DNA of 64,000 bases from Penicillus capitatus (taxonomy: Eukaryota > Plantae > Chlorophyta): positions 2,171,724 through 2,235,723 of the forward strand of contig OZ287696.1 of NCBI GenBank assembly GCA_965649825.1, given 5' to 3'. Positions 1 to 13,931 of the stretch are shown here, piece after piece. The translations under genes and the position numbers were made by a program. The stretch's first letter is position 1; every line of letters begins with the position of its first letter. Below the pieces are notes generated by a model. The model was given only the letters and a program-made list of their open reading frames with translations. It was not told the origin of the DNA and searched no databases.

Positions 1-5
1 GTGAT

Positions 6-790
6 GTGACAATCAGGGATGTCCTGCCTGTTGGCTATCATGCCTTGTCGATTGATGTGGACACCACTTTCAAAGTGGAGGTGTCAAACGATGCCGAACC
101 TGAAGAGGTGCATCGTAAACTGGAATACACGCTGTTACATGGCGACGATGCCGTCAGCCAATTGGCTAATGAACCTGATCGTGTCTTCAATCGAACAACG
201 AGGGCCACCCATACCAAAGCCAAGGTGAGCAACAGCACTGCACTCTGTAAATATCTCTGCCGTTTTTGCGTTAAGATCGCCAAAGACAGCAAGAAACTGA
301 GGGAATCTCGTCCCAATGATGTTGGGAATGCGGAGACGGAATTCATGTCTCCCATTATTGGCATCTGTTGCCTCATCATCATCGTCTGTTCCTTTTTTGC
401 TTATGCGAGAATTCGAAAAAACAGGGCGCGGACTAAACATTCCAAATCCTTAACCTGGTATGCATTCTGTATGATACATATATGCGGGGGCGATGGCACC
501 ATCCTCTTTTATTCCAGGACTGTCTTGGGAGAATCTTCGGAGAGCAGCAGTGGACGCGAAATGGAAGAAAGGACACCTCCAATAAGATCCGTACGGTAAG
601 GTTCTTTCCTCTTGATCTCCACAGTAACGTCTCTCCATACAACAGCTTCAGGCCCCGAGGGCTGACGACTCCAACCAGCTGGAATCCGTAAAGAGTTCCA
701 TGTCTTGTCTCATCATACCGTCTGATTGCTCTCTTCATAGCACACTGAGAGATTATTTTACACCACATCTGTTTGACATAGATTCCTAGA
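6..790 (+). CDS. 3' part of an intron-containing single-pass membrane protein (hypothetical; begins upstream of window)
   Basis: ORF 6..599 with hydrophobic segment PIIGICCLIIIVCSFFAYA followed by basic residues; GT-AG introns near 460-518 and 596-644. 3' end uncertain. Confidence 0.4.
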
Positions 791-1133
791 AAGTGCCTTC
801 TGAATTCCATGAAACACGAGCGAGCCATCCATGGCGATATGCGCGAACGTTCTCTTTCCTTTGTTGCCATCATGAAGAGCCCTTAACCGAGAATCTATTT
901 CGTGCCACTTCACCATGTGCGATCATCGTAACAGCTGAAAGTCGCACGTCCCATCGCGACTGGGAGGTAAAAAAACAAAACAGAGGGAGGGCACTCACGG
1001 ATGACGAACGGTTGTAAAAGAATTCATACCACCACCATCGTTATCAACAGTTCCCTCAACAACAATACCGCTTGTTCTTTCCCTTCTGAGTATCAGAAAT
1101 CCATTGCTTGAATATCCAACCGCCCCCCCCCAA

Positions 1134-1990
1134 TTAACTGCTGGTCTTGTGTCGACGATCGATATACGGACGAACGGATGCGGATAGATTCTGGATGTCC
1201 TCCCCGATCTCAGATTGCTCGAGATGCTCAGAAAAGTCCATACTGGTTCTCACTGCTTGTTTACGTTTGGCGTCGCCGACGCTCAAGAAGTAGATTCCCA
1301 GCCACATGACTGCCACAACGAAAGCAGGATGTGCGACCCATTGTAGCAACAATAGACGAAGCAGAATGATCCAGAGGACAAGGAAGACAACAATGAATAA
1401 CGCGTTCGCTGGAGCGATGTGCTTGACTAGGAGAGTGGCTTCGCGGACGACGTTCGAAAATCGAATCGCCGGAGGCAGCTTCACCGTAACAGTGTGCCAC
1501 ATCTGAGTCGCTAAGGATGGCCGATACTGATAAGCTGTGGAGCCCGCGGCCTGAGACGGTCGGTCATCCAACAACTGACACATGTGGCCACTTCTTAGAC
1601 AAGTCATACGAGATTCGAGGGTTTCACTTTATAGTATTCATTCAGCAGGAGGGCGACTCCTGGCTGACATAGATCTGTCTGTATCTTGGCTGTTTTCCCT
1701 TCGCATTCGAGGGAAACAGCATCGTTTTCGCTTTCTGGGGTGATTTCGGACGCCGCTGTCGTGGTCGTGTCTGATGTATACTGTTGTTCTCTGGTCGAAG
1801 TTCCGATTCTGAAGCTGTAGTCTGTGTCACTATTGACGACATCGTTTATCGCTGCTATCTGCTCCAGAGACTTCGTTATCGCCACATCTTCGGCGGCGCG
1901 AGGATTGGCGTCGAAATGACAGGGCTCTTCCAGCCAAGAGACTAAGAAGGCGACATTCTCCACAGGAAAGCCAGACTTGGTTTGTGCCAT
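1134..1990 (-). CDS. Hypothetical two-exon membrane protein
   Basis: ATG at 1990 (MAQTKSG...) joins ORF 1134..1607 through a short gtatga...gtcag intron; two hydrophobic helices near the C-terminus. Confidence 0.55.
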
Positions 1991-2759
1991 CGTCGACCTG
2001 CCGACGACAAAGTGCGTCCGTCGCAGAAATGACCGCAGCAGGAATAGAAGAACGCTGAAAACAACTTGTCAAAAATGGTTGTGTCTTGAGCGTAGTAAAC
2101 CGAGAATGCGTGTCGCGTAGTTTTCCGTCAGCCGCTCACGTGTGTTCACAATGAAGTTCCATGTAAACGAACGGATTGTGTAGGTATACAACGACAATAC
2201 AAAGGCAGGGCTGACATCTGTCATAAGAACAGCATACACAGCAGTGTGTCGATCTTGCTTCTATGGGATGCAGCCAATAGCCATTGGCCTCCCTTTCTGA
2301 TGCCGTCAACCTGTGTGCTTTCACGAGGATACCAATCATCTGCGATACTTTGATCTGGATGCTGAGTTGCCATAGTGACACCGGTTGACTTGACAGCCCC
2401 TTGTGGATCGAATCCCTTCGTGTACATTTATCATTGCAACCACAATGACAGAGCAATCGGTCACTGCAGCAGTGATGGACAGACAGTTAGTCATATTCAT
2501 GATCTTTGAGTCTGGAGCTCTTCGATCCGTCCGAGAGAAGAAAACCTGTTCGTTATCCTGGCACGTCTCCAGCAATGACTGCAGTTAACGTAACAAAGTC
2601 GATCATCAGCTGTTAGCAAATCTCCCTCCTGCGATTCGCTGGATGTCATTGAAGTGACAGATGACAAGTCAGGGAACTAACTTTAGAATGATAGTGGCCT
2701 GCTCGTTGAAGTCCTCTAGTATCCTTCCTGGTTTCGTTGACCTCTCCTGAAGTATCCTC

Positions 2760-3380
2760 ATTCTATGGACTGCTAATGGTCAAGACTCGGGCAAATGGAA
2801 TAGCGCTATGTTACACAGGTTTGTTTTGAATAGGCAGACGTTGCCATCCACTTCACTGATGTAGAAGCGGACATGCTGAAATACTGAGGGAGGGGCAAGG
2901 CAAAGGTATTGTTCCTTTTCTGTTTGGCAAAGGTAAACAGATACCTTCCAAAAGGAACTTCACCGAAAGAAAAAAAAACAGATAACATTCGGCCACACAC
3001 ATGTAGTACTTTTTGACTAAATGATGAGAATGCAGAAACACACATAACCAGAATTCGATAGAAATGCCCCGTTCCGTAGATTGCTAATGGTAAAGGCTTA
3101 GACATTTGGATCGTCGTATAATACAGGTTTGTTTCAAATAGGCAGACGTCGACATCCACCTCAATGATGTAGAGATAGACATGCTGAAATACAGACAGGT
3201 TAAGCAAAAGGATTCTTTTGCTGCTTGGCTGAGGCAACAGATCCCTTCCGATAGGAACTTCACCGAAATAAAGAAAACAGGAAAGGTGTAGCCACAGGTG
3301 CTAGTTTTTTTACTGCGTGTTCAAAGACAGAAATCAAACAATACGACGGATATAACAAACTGGTTGTTTTATCTGCCGTA
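2760..3380 (+). pseudogene. Degenerate ~310-bp tandem duplication of an intron-containing coding fragment
   Basis: ggtttgtt...aataggcagacgt...gacatgctgaaatac at 2818 and 3126 (offset 308). Plus-frame peptides ADVAIHFTDVEADMLKY and ADVDIHLNDVEIDMLKY differ by several synonymous changes, each preceded by a gt...tag intron-like segment; stops and a frameshift present. Confidence 0.5.
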
Positions 3381-3542
3381 TTGCCTCTTAACATTTCAGC
3401 TAACCAAAAACAGGTGTTCTTCGAAGCATGTGATGTGCTTCCACAGATCTTCGAGAAGTTGACCTAATCGCACAGAACAAGAAAATTATTCTCCATTGCC
3501 ACGATCAAGATTACTCACCATCTCTCAATATCTGATCAAGGG

Positions 3543-4575
3543 TCAAAAACACCAGTTTTTCTTCGATTGTTTCTTTTTATCTTGTCGGATCTACGCAGTT
3601 TCAAATGAAGCGACAAGAGAACTGTGGAGAGAGACTTACTCCTCTGAAGCTTTCCGTTTTGGTTTCGATTGCCGGGGCTTCACTGAGGGACCCAAGAAGA
3701 TAAAAGAAGCATTATTAGCTGAAATGTTATGAGTTTTCTTGTAAAGACGATCCTCATAATCCAAACCGTATATGTCACCACCAAAGACGTATAATGCCAT
3801 CTTGTTATAGAGATATACAGAGGCATTTCCTCTGATCGCACGGCAAGTCCAGTCTTCTGGACAGCTGTCTTGAGGTAGATCTTTGAAGAAGAGTCTGAGT
3901 CTCACGATTCTCAGGTAATTCTCGTCTGGGTACAGACGCGATAGTTTCGGAGGATTGTCTCCCGAGTAACTGCAACACAGTGACAGTGAACAAAAGGGCC
4001 AGTTCACAACAGATGGCTTACTTGACAAGGAGACCACCGTTGACTTCAGGTACTTCGTATGGCGTTCCACTCTTTGGCCCTCCGAAGTCGACTCCTCCAA
4101 TGTCGACGTTGGCGAAAAATAGGCCATCTGTCGGTTTCTGGGACGGCCATTCCGGATGGACGACCGTTCTCTCGTCTTCGATTGATTTGACGAAGTAGTC
4201 GAGTGTGGGACGGATATGTATATTTCGCGTGAAGCTAAACATCTGGCTCGTATTTTCCTCTTCGTCCGATGCGGGACCCATCATGGACGGTTTTCTAGGC
4301 GACGCGGAAGAGTATTCAAAGACCTCAATGTCAGCAGCCGAGTCGACTGGTCCAAGGTCGTCCACGTAACACTCTTTTCCCATGGTCTTGTACGCGTCTC
4401 GATGCCCATCTCCGTTGCAGCTGTCGTCGAAATCGTTCGAAAACGGCGACACTGGCGACGGAGCGCCGCCAAGTTCGTCGTCCGACGTGCCATTTAGCTC
4501 GAGCCAGCTATTTATCAAATCCTTGACCTCTTCGTCGTCGTATTGTGCCAGCTCGTCTTTCGTTTCCAAAAACAT
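3543..4575 (-). CDS. Hypothetical acidic protein, 3 exons
   Basis: ORFs 4018..4575 and 3636..4127 joined by a gtaagc...ttgcag intron; a second gtaagt...gcgtag intron leads to the terminal exon SDKIKKKQSKKNWCF*. Confidence 0.5.
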
Positions 4576-5459
4576 CTTGGAGAGAATAGTCGATCAAATT
4601 CCTCCGTTCGTCTTGATGGGACAATTTAATAGTAATTCGAATGTTCGAGATGGGAGCTGACATGCAGTCACCGTCGATCCAGTTCCCAATTGTAATTCTA
4701 TGAGAACAATGACCACAGCCAGACGCTGCAGAAAAGCCCATCCAAGTTTAGCGGAAAGTACATCTGCCCACAATCCACCTTGCTGTCTCAGATGATCGGC
4801 TAGTCGACACAAACGCATCGTCTTCAACCGATCCATCACTAATGTGGTCATCTATACGTGGGTGGTTTGGTCGAAGCGTCGACGTTGCCATTGTGACGGA
4901 GGTCTGCTCGGTATACACTTGATAGAGGCACCCATTCAGAAAAGCACAGAGGAGAATCTCTTAAATACCCTTGCAACAGAAAATGTCACTTCATCACTTG
5001 TGTGACAATAAATAGTACTTTTCCATAACTCCTTAGCAAACAATAGAAAACAGCTTTGGCGTGATAGCTTATTGGCAGTACACCCGCTCATAAGATCGCT
5101 CATGTTTCTGTGTTCAGCATAACTCGCTGTTTAATTAAGTGGCACAGTTGACACTCTCTTCACTATCACTGAAATCACTCGCTGTGCCACCCTGAGCATA
5201 TGTGCTCATCGTACACAACTCATCGATCCTAACCTTCCCACACCACATCGACAGTTTTCATGAGATCAATTGTTCTCGCCCAAGTGAGATAATTATGTAT
5301 ACCTTGCTCTTTGGTTGACCAGATTGTTTATGACTCTCTTTCTTTGTGGTATTGTCGAGGCTCAGCTTCTGGACTTGACGCGTTGTGCGATGCACGATGT
5401 GTTCTTCTCTTGTCATTGACTGCCACAAAGCAAGGATATATGAGTCCTTCCTCTGTCTC

Positions 5460-6155
5460 TCACTCTAAGGTGGCCACCTTGGAGCTGTGACTGGCGCGTG
5501 CTATGGAATGGTTGAGTGCCGTCACGATGTCGCTGTTGTCATGTGCCCTGGCAATGTGCAGCGGTGTGCGACCTTCCTTATCTTCAACATGGGTCAATGC
5601 ATCATTGTCCAACAGGACTTGGACGACATCCAGATGTCCTCCATCACATGCCAGATGCAATGGAGTGGATCGTTCCTGAACACAGATTCTTACTTGCAAC
5701 AGGCATGCATTCAAGAGACTCGAGTCGCGGACCTGATCTCTGGCAGAGATGTCGACATTCACTGCGATCAAGTGACGCACAACGGCAACGTGTCCTTGCA
5801 TCGATGCCAAATGCAAAGCCGTCCTTTCAGACTGCATACAGATGACGGTATTCGTAGTCGGGAGAGATGAGGAATGGCTGAACTAACGAACGTCGTCTGT
5901 ATCGTCGACGTCTGCCACACGTGGCGCAAGAATTCGAACGATGTCTTCTCTGCCGAGCCACGATGCGTAATGCAAGGCCGTCCACTAAAACAAAACGGGT
6001 CAGATCAATCGCAAAGACGATCGAGCAACGACTTGCTGCCCCTCGATCTCTTTCCTCGAATCTAAATCGCACGTTCCTTTCGAACAGATATCTCGAAGAG
6101 ACGCGGCGTCGTTTTCTCTAACGAGACGATGGAGATCGATCGTTGGCGTCGTCAT
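5460..6155 (-). CDS. Small ankyrin-repeat protein (~4 repeats, 4 exons)
   Basis: WTALHYASWLG, TALHLASMQGH, TPLHLACDGGH, TPLHIARAH ankyrin motifs; GT-AG introns. Confidence 0.85.
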
Positions 6156-6295
6156 TCGAAAGCCGACAGAATCTTTTTGATACAATACTTCACATTTAAT
6201 CGCCACAAAATTAAAACATCCAAATGTACAACGACAAGAACAGACGCAACCGTTCACACCAATCTCCAAGAACTCCATCACTCACAAATGCTCTT

Positions 6296-9126
6296 TCACA
6301 CCACAGTGTCGCCGACAACATGATACCCTTCCGATTCCAAAATCTCCTCGAGCAATGCGATTCGTGTGTGCTGAGTGTCAACGAGTTCAACCATGGCCGT
6401 GTTTGCTTCGTTTCTGTTTTTGAGTTCCATAGAGAGTTGATGGTTGCGATCGTTGAGAGTGGCAATAAAGGCCTCTTTATCTTCAATCTGTCTCTTCAGT
6501 CTTTTCAAAGTTGTCTCCAATTGGACGACGGATGGAGGAAGCTGCGGTTTCTCTTCTGGGCAAGATGGGGCATTATCGGTGATCAGATTCGTCAGCTCCT
6601 GGATTTTGGAGAACGCGTCGCGCAGCTCGCCTTCAAGGTTTTCAATGGTCCCATTCTTTTCGCGAATCTGCGACATCAGGTGTGCATTCACCTTGTGCAG
6701 TTCTGGCTGCGTCGCTTTCTTCTCGGTCTTCGCATCCAATCGGCTCATATTCTTCAACAGCATCAGTATAGCATTCTCTTCAGCAACCGACAAATGACTG
6801 TTGCCATGGCTCTTCATCACCAGATCCCACAGATTCGCGACTGCTGCTGAGCCTGTCGATACAATGACGTCGGACAGGAGAACATTGAATCTGCTGGCCG
6901 CCGCTGCAACACAGGACAACACAGCTGATGTCGTCTGTTCTGTCATGTCTTCAGCTGCGATTTTGTAAAGCACTTCTGCAAAGGAGATGAGAATGCAGGC
7001 CTCTTTGATGTCTTCTTCGGAGCAGCGTTCCAAATACCCCTTCAGCAAAACAGCGAGCAACGTGTTGAGGAACTCCGAAGAATCTTCAGGAGTCCACGAT
7101 TCCAGCAGCTGATGAAGAACTTTCAGGCCGGCCAAACTGAATCCCTTCTCCATGACGGCATCCGGTATCACAACGAACAAAATGCGATTGTTCACTTGAT
7201 GCTTGATGTTTGTCAACAATTCTGTGATCGCATCGACACCGAACACTTCAGCAGAATTCATTGTTGCAACGAACAGTTGACATTTGATAATTCCCACGCG
7301 CTCTATCTCTGCCGACTCTTCTGTCAGGGCAGGAATAATTTTCTTCAGAATATAGAACAGACTGAACGGATCTTCCAGCAGATGCAGACAACGTTCATTG
7401 CCCATGAACTCGATGGCAAAGTCAACGAGTCCCTCGTCAAGCAACCATTCAAGATCTGCTTTGTCTGCGATGTGCAGTTTCACAAGCAAGTACAGGCCAA
7501 TCTTTAAACAGAGGGCAACATAATCATCCCTTTCTGCCGTGAAAGCGCTCTTCAGGAAGGACATGAGGCATTCTTCGAAATCGGCTTTTGGGTTTTCGCC
7601 AGAATTGATGGCAGCTTCGAAGAAGAGATGAATCTTGTCGAGATTTCGCGTTGTCAACATCCAATCTGATGTCATGAACGTCTTCAGAACTAATGCGACC
7701 AGCTCCAGTTCAGAGAGAATGGGGAGAATTCCTTCGTAATGCGACCACATGAAATGGATGATATCGAAAATCTCGTCCGTCAATTCTCCCAGCAGTAGTT
7801 TTACAAACGGCAGACCCGAATCCGGAAGCGACAACGCCATGACTTCGGTAGCGGGTGCCACTTTTACGGCAAGAGTGTGGAGAATGTCGATAACCCATTG
7901 CTTGTTTTCGTCAGCGGCCTTCTCCAACACAACTTGCAGTTTGATCCACTGATTGTTCAGGCACTTCAAGTGAAATGTGTCTGGCAGTACATCAGCCATC
8001 CAATGCATCAGTTTCAGTATTCCCGTCTCGACGTTGCTGAGACCACATTTCAGGAAACCGAACAACTTGTCCATAATATCACTTCTCTCCACGATACTCG
8101 CCAGCAATGCCTTCTCATCATCGACATGTTCCAAGAAGGTGCAAACCAATTCGAGACATTTGACCAGAAGGGATTCATCGCTGTTCTCCAGCCATTTGAG
8201 AATGGCATCCTCGTCCAAAACTGTCTTAATAACAGAATCCCTGTTCTCAAAAAGCCGAATACATGTCTCGATGCATTGCATTCCCCACAGACGCGCCTCG
8301 GAAGACAGCAGCTCACTATTCATCTGACGCAGCAGTTTTCCCAGAAACTCTTCTTGCATGGGAGCCTTTCCATCTTGGTTCATCAACGTGTGATAGATCT
8401 CGAACACATAGACTTGTGCATGGGTCACATTACCCGGGATCTCTTCAATGTGTTCCAAGATTTTCACAAAGTCTGGAGCACCTGCGAGAATGCTCCGGTA
8501 GTCTTCATGAAGAACCATGTTACGAATTCCACGCAATGCACAAGAGACGGTACGCGAATCTCGATTCTTGCAGAGGTCCAGTAGCCATTTGCAGATGTCC
8601 TCTTTGGAGAAGGCCCTACACATGGATATGTCACCTATAGGGGATGTGCATGACTCCCTTACGGATTGTCCAGCACCACGTCCAATGAGCAGAGCCATGT
8701 GAAGACATCCACTGCTGCTGTTTTGGCGACAAAACCTGTTTTCTTGTAGACGATGACGGAGAGGAGTTTCTTCAAATCGTCCTCGACGGCGAAGAGCAAG
8801 TCATCAACATCGCCATCAACAATTCTGCCCTGTCTCGAAGGAATGTCTTCGTTGACGCCGTCGCCGTCGCCGTCGCCCAGGAAGGCCGTATCCGGTTTCC
8901 AGATTTCGGTTAAAACGGCGGTCATCTGTGACGGGTTGCCTGCAAGCCCCAAGAGTTTCGACGCGCTTTCGCGATAGCTGTATGTCGAAGCGCGGCCAAT
9001 AGCCGCTTGGTCAATGTACTCGCTGACAGATGGGGCCTGATGCGTTTGAGGTTTCACGATGTCGTCCAACACGACGAAGGACTCGCCAGACACCGAAGCG
9101 GCCCGGTCTATGGGGCGTACCGTCAA
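6296..9126 (-). CDS. Large alpha-solenoid (ARM/HEAT-like) protein with C-terminal coiled coil
   Basis: 800-aa Leu-rich helical ORF 6296..8698 ending in heptad-rich IREKNGTIENLEGELRDAFSKIQEL...; upstream ORF 8659..9126 is probably exon 1 (exact splice unresolved). Confidence 0.65.
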
Positions 9127-10234
9127 CGTGGTCGCGACCTCAGTAGTGTTCTATTACCTTCATTTCGAGTATCCATTTTTGGCGCTCTGTCACGAAGTGT
9201 TGTCCGGCTTTGTTCGTTCTCGGTGTAGACCGGGGGCTATAGACTAACAGACGCGTGTCCAACACGGAGGCCCTCATATGATGCCATTTGATGTGACTCT
9301 CATTCGACGTCGCTTTCTTCGTCGTTTCTAGCAGACTTCCAAGCGGTTAGACGCCACGAGCTTCAGCGGCGATTGTTCTCCACGTGTGCAATTGGGAAAC
9401 AGATTCTGTGTTCAGGAACGGTCGGGAATGCCATTTTTGTCAACAAGATAATTGGAATATCGTTCGTTTAACGTCGACGGTCATTCAGTCATAGGGAAGT
9501 GTGGCCGAGTCAGTGATGATTTATTTCTACTCAATTATGGGACTCTTGTTCAGCTATTCATTGCGAATAGGGCCACCTCTGGCTGAGAAGATTCCACGAA
9601 GGGTGAGAGTTCTGATTTGTCTCACATTCTGCTTGTCTACCAAAAACCTTTGTTCAATGCAGCAATACGAGTGCAGTTCACGTAGACATCGCATCAGAAC
9701 AATTGTGTTGCCGTGAAACCGGTGTCGAATGCGCAGGCACTGTGGCATCCAGCTTATCCATGGATTGGGCAGTTGCTGTGGAATGTCTGTTATGTCGTTG
9801 GCATGTAGAGAGCAAAGGAGCCTGTCGCAACGCATTGTTTTCTCACCGTCGTCAAAATCACGCTAACTCTGTCCTCATCGCCTGCGCAGAGACTCGAACT
9901 CTGACGCACCGTCGACAATCCGATGGTCTTGCTTTTCGCATCAATTCTTAAATCCACTGAGTCTGTCTAATGCCCACGGCGACCGCGCGACATTTGTAAA
10001 CTGACCGGATCGTAGAGACAGTACATTTTATTGCCATCGAGCAGACGACGACGCCGCAGCGCGGAGAAGTCCCTTGGTGGTTCCTTCCATCGCGTTCTCG
10101 TGTTACATTCGCTCTTCTCGTCGTTTGAGTCGTCCAACAATGATGTGACTGTTTGTTTTTACATGATGCGTTATTCAATGAATGAAGGATGGGCGGATCA
10201 TATTTTCATTTCGATCGTTCTCTGTCGGATCCGC

Positions 10235-13200
10235 CTACCAGTAAGTGAATTCGTCCAGCCATTCTCCAGGGTTCTTTCGAATAAAGAACTTTCGCATTTC
10301 GTCATAGAAGAAAATGAGGAGACTCCAGGGCACACCCGGCAACCAATGCACAAAATGAATGGGTCTGGTTCCGAAGACGGTGTTGAATGGCGGCGTGTAC
10401 ACCAGCAAAATCGCCAGACATGTCTCGAAGACCAGTCCAAAATTCATGAATCCATTCTTGAGTCCTTGTTGGAAGATGGAGAGTTTTCGGGTCTTGGCAA
10501 TGAGTAGATCAGCCCACTGCACCACGACGATGGACACAAAGTATGCCGTCTGAGCATACAGCAAGGCATTGATCTGGAAATCTTTATTTGGCCACAACTG
10601 CATCTTTCCATTCCACCAGTAGAATGCTCCAACGGGTGCTTCGTCGCTGCTATCGACGACCCCTCTTCCAGGAAATCCATACCGTTCACTGTCGGGGAAA
10701 TCGCCCGAGCCGCATATGTCATCGAACAGGGTAACGTCGTCTTCTGTCAGGATGTATCTCAGAGGACTGGATGCATCATCTCTGGCCTGGATGTAGCTGT
10801 CTCTTGTGCTGTCGTCAAGTCCATTGTACCAGGCACAGGTTCTGCCGCAAACAGCCGCTTCTCCAGCGGCGAATCCACGAAACCCATCGGCTGTGAATTC
10901 CGAAAACGGATCCGACGTTCCTGGAAATGGCACTTGACATCCTTCCTCACAAAATGCAAGGTTCATGGCATCCTTGTCAGCAAACAGCGTGCTCGTTCCA
11001 TTGAATGTCTTTTCGGGCTTAGCACATCCGTAGCCGCAATGGTTTGGCCTGAGGATGTCATTCACTGTGCACATGATCGAACTGTCGTCCCATTTGAGAC
11101 CATGTCCCATCAGCATCCCTGGTGTATAGCCGAAATCGTTGAGGATGATCATGTATGTAAAGAATCCAGCCAAGGCTTGCATCACTCCAATCTGAAGATA
11201 AGCAAAGGAGATCAGTCTCTGATTCACCAAGCGATCCGTTGCCGAATTTCTTGGCGGTCGGTCCATGATATCTGACTCCTTTTGCTCATATGCCAATGAA
11301 ATTGCCGGAATCATGTCTGTGCCGAGATCCACGCAAAGAATGAGAACGGTCGACAGTGGGAGAGGCAGATTGATGGTGATGTACAGCAGGAAGGGGGCGA
11401 TCTCTGGAATGTTGGACGTCAGTGTATAGGCAATGCTCTTCTTGAGATTATCGAAAATCAGTCGGCCCTCTTCCACACCGTTGACAATCGACGCAAAGTT
11501 GTCATCCATCAGGATCATGTCGGCTGCCTCTTTCGAAACGTCCTTTCCAGCAATGCCCATAGCAACGCCGATGTCGCCCTTCTTCAAGGCAGGAGCATCG
11601 TTGACGCCATCTCCAGTAACGGCCACCACTTCGCCCCGCATCTGAGCGTTCTCGACGATGAGGAGTTTGTGAGCAGGAGAGACACGTGCCCAAACAATCT
11701 GCTCATGTGCCAGAGCTTTGTCCCATTCGGCTTTCTGGGCGACAGGATCTGCAATGTCCATCCAGGATCGGATGTCGTCTCCTTTCACGACAGTGGCTTC
11801 TCCAGCATCCCATTTCTCCTGATCGATGATTCCAACTTGCTTTGCAATTGCCTGGGCAGTGATGGGGTGATCTCCAGTCACCATGAACACCTTGATTCGA
11901 GCGCGCTTGCATTTTGCTACGGCCTCGGGGACACCTTCTCTCGGAGGGTCGATCAACGAGACGAGTCCGACAAACGTCAGATCCTCCATTTCGAAATTGG
12001 GCTCCGGTTTTGCTGTGAATGGATAATCCAAGGTATGCTCCTTCATTGACTTCATTGCAAATCCGAGGACACGTTCTCCCATACCGCCAAGTGTTTCGTA
12101 CGCCGTTGTATACTGCCTCTCCCATTCGGCATCCAATGGAACCTCCTCTCCATTGATCATAATATTCTTGCACATTTTCAAGACACGTTCAGGCGCTCCT
12201 TTGAGCAGCAGAACAGGATGTGGGTTGATCTCAGCATCTTCTGGTTTATGAATCGTCAGCGCCCATTTGTTCGTCGAATTGAATTTTATCTCGAACAGAA
12301 CTGGATTTGCTGCACGGTATTCCTCAAGATGCCTCAACAGTTCGAAGCACTTCGCCAGTCCAGCCTCAGAAGCGTCAGATGTGCAGTCGAGTCCCAAGAG
12401 ATTGAACTCTGGCCTCGTGATCGAGTACTTGAGATCGATGGCTCTTGCCTCTTCGCTATGAGGGTCCTTCAAAATGAAATTGGCGCTGTTGCATAGAGAG
12501 GCAACCATCTGCAGGATTTTGAATGTGGGATTCTCTCTTTGGTAGACGGGCTCATCTCCAAGTGTCCCAGCACCCAAAGCAGCATCCAGCTGAGGTATAT
12601 TCCTCGCTGCTGGGCATCGGAATATCTGTCCATTGTACCAGCAATGCTGCACCGTCATACGATTCTGTGTGAGAGTTCCAGTCTTGTCCGAAGCGATGAC
12701 TGTCGTCGAGCCAAGTGTCTCGACAGCCTCGAGATTCTTGACCAAAACATTCTTGGAATGCATTCTCTTTGCCGTCAGGGCCAAAGAGACAGTGACGGTC
12801 GCCAGTAATCCTTCTGGGACATTGGCAACAATGATGCCGATGGTAAAGACGACGTTGGAAACAATTCCAGTGCCCAGAAGAGCCCCGAGGATGAAGAATG
12901 TGATTCCCAGACTGATGGCGATCACCGAGATCAGCTGAATGAATTTCTTGATCTCTTTTGAGATGGGAGACGCTTCGGCACTCGTTTCAGTTGCCAATCC
13001 AGCGATCTGTCCCATCACTGTCCGATCTCCGGTTCCCACCACGATCCCTCGTCCAGAACCCGAGCTGATAATCGTGGTGTAGAACACCAGATTCGATGCC
13101 TCGATCGGAGGAGCGATCTTTGGATTTCCACGATCGTCTGTTGACGGTTCGACATCGGGAACACGTGTCTGCGGTTCGGATTCGCCAGTGAGAGACGAGT

Positions 13201-13931
13201 TGTCGACCTTAAGATCGGTGGCGGCGATGATGCGAATATCTGCAGGAACCTGAAAAGCAGGTGATCAGAATCGACAGCTGTGGGTAAGGATACCACTCGA
13301 ACCTGATCTCCATCACTCATCTCGACAATGTCACCCGGAACGAGGTCCACCGCATCGATAATCTGCGTTGTCCCGTCTCTGAGTACTCGGCACTTCTTCG
13401 GGATCAGACTCTTGAAGCCTTCCATGATTTTCTCGGATTTCGCTTCCTGCCAGAAAATACATTTTGACGACGCTCACAGACAGAGCCGTGCGCACTTGCA
13501 GAAAGGAGAACGTCGCGGTGATGAAGACGACGAGCATCAGAACCACCCCGAGGTAAAGATTGGTATCGTCGTCGCTACTGAGTGCGTAGGCAATGAAGCA
13601 GAAGATACCGCCGACGAGTAAGAGTATGGCGAAGAAGTTCTGAAACTGTCGGAGCAGTTTCATCCATCCTGTCCACAAGCGATCGTGACAAATGTGAAGA
13701 GAAGAGGCGATTGGCTGTCTCGGAACCTGGTATGGTTTTGGGCGGCGTGAGCTGGTTCTTTCCGAACTGGCTTTCCTGTTGCTGGACTTGCGCCGCTGTC
13801 AGGCCACGCGAACTGTCGATGTCGAAATGTTTGAGCAACTGTTCCGTTGGCCAGGTGTGTTCCACAATCGGAATGTCTTTGCGCAGCTCCTCGGCACGGG
13901 AGGATTTGTTTGACTTTGCCTTTTGCGACAT
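10235..13931 (-). CDS. P-type ATPase type IIC (Na+/K+-ATPase alpha-like)
   Basis: TGES actuator, VANVPEGL, DKTGTLT phosphorylation site, KGAPE, MVTGDH, GDGVND, YTLTSNIPE, DLGTD, VVVQWAD and C-terminal FTYW*; three short 5' exons plus one ~3-kb exon. Confidence 0.97.
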
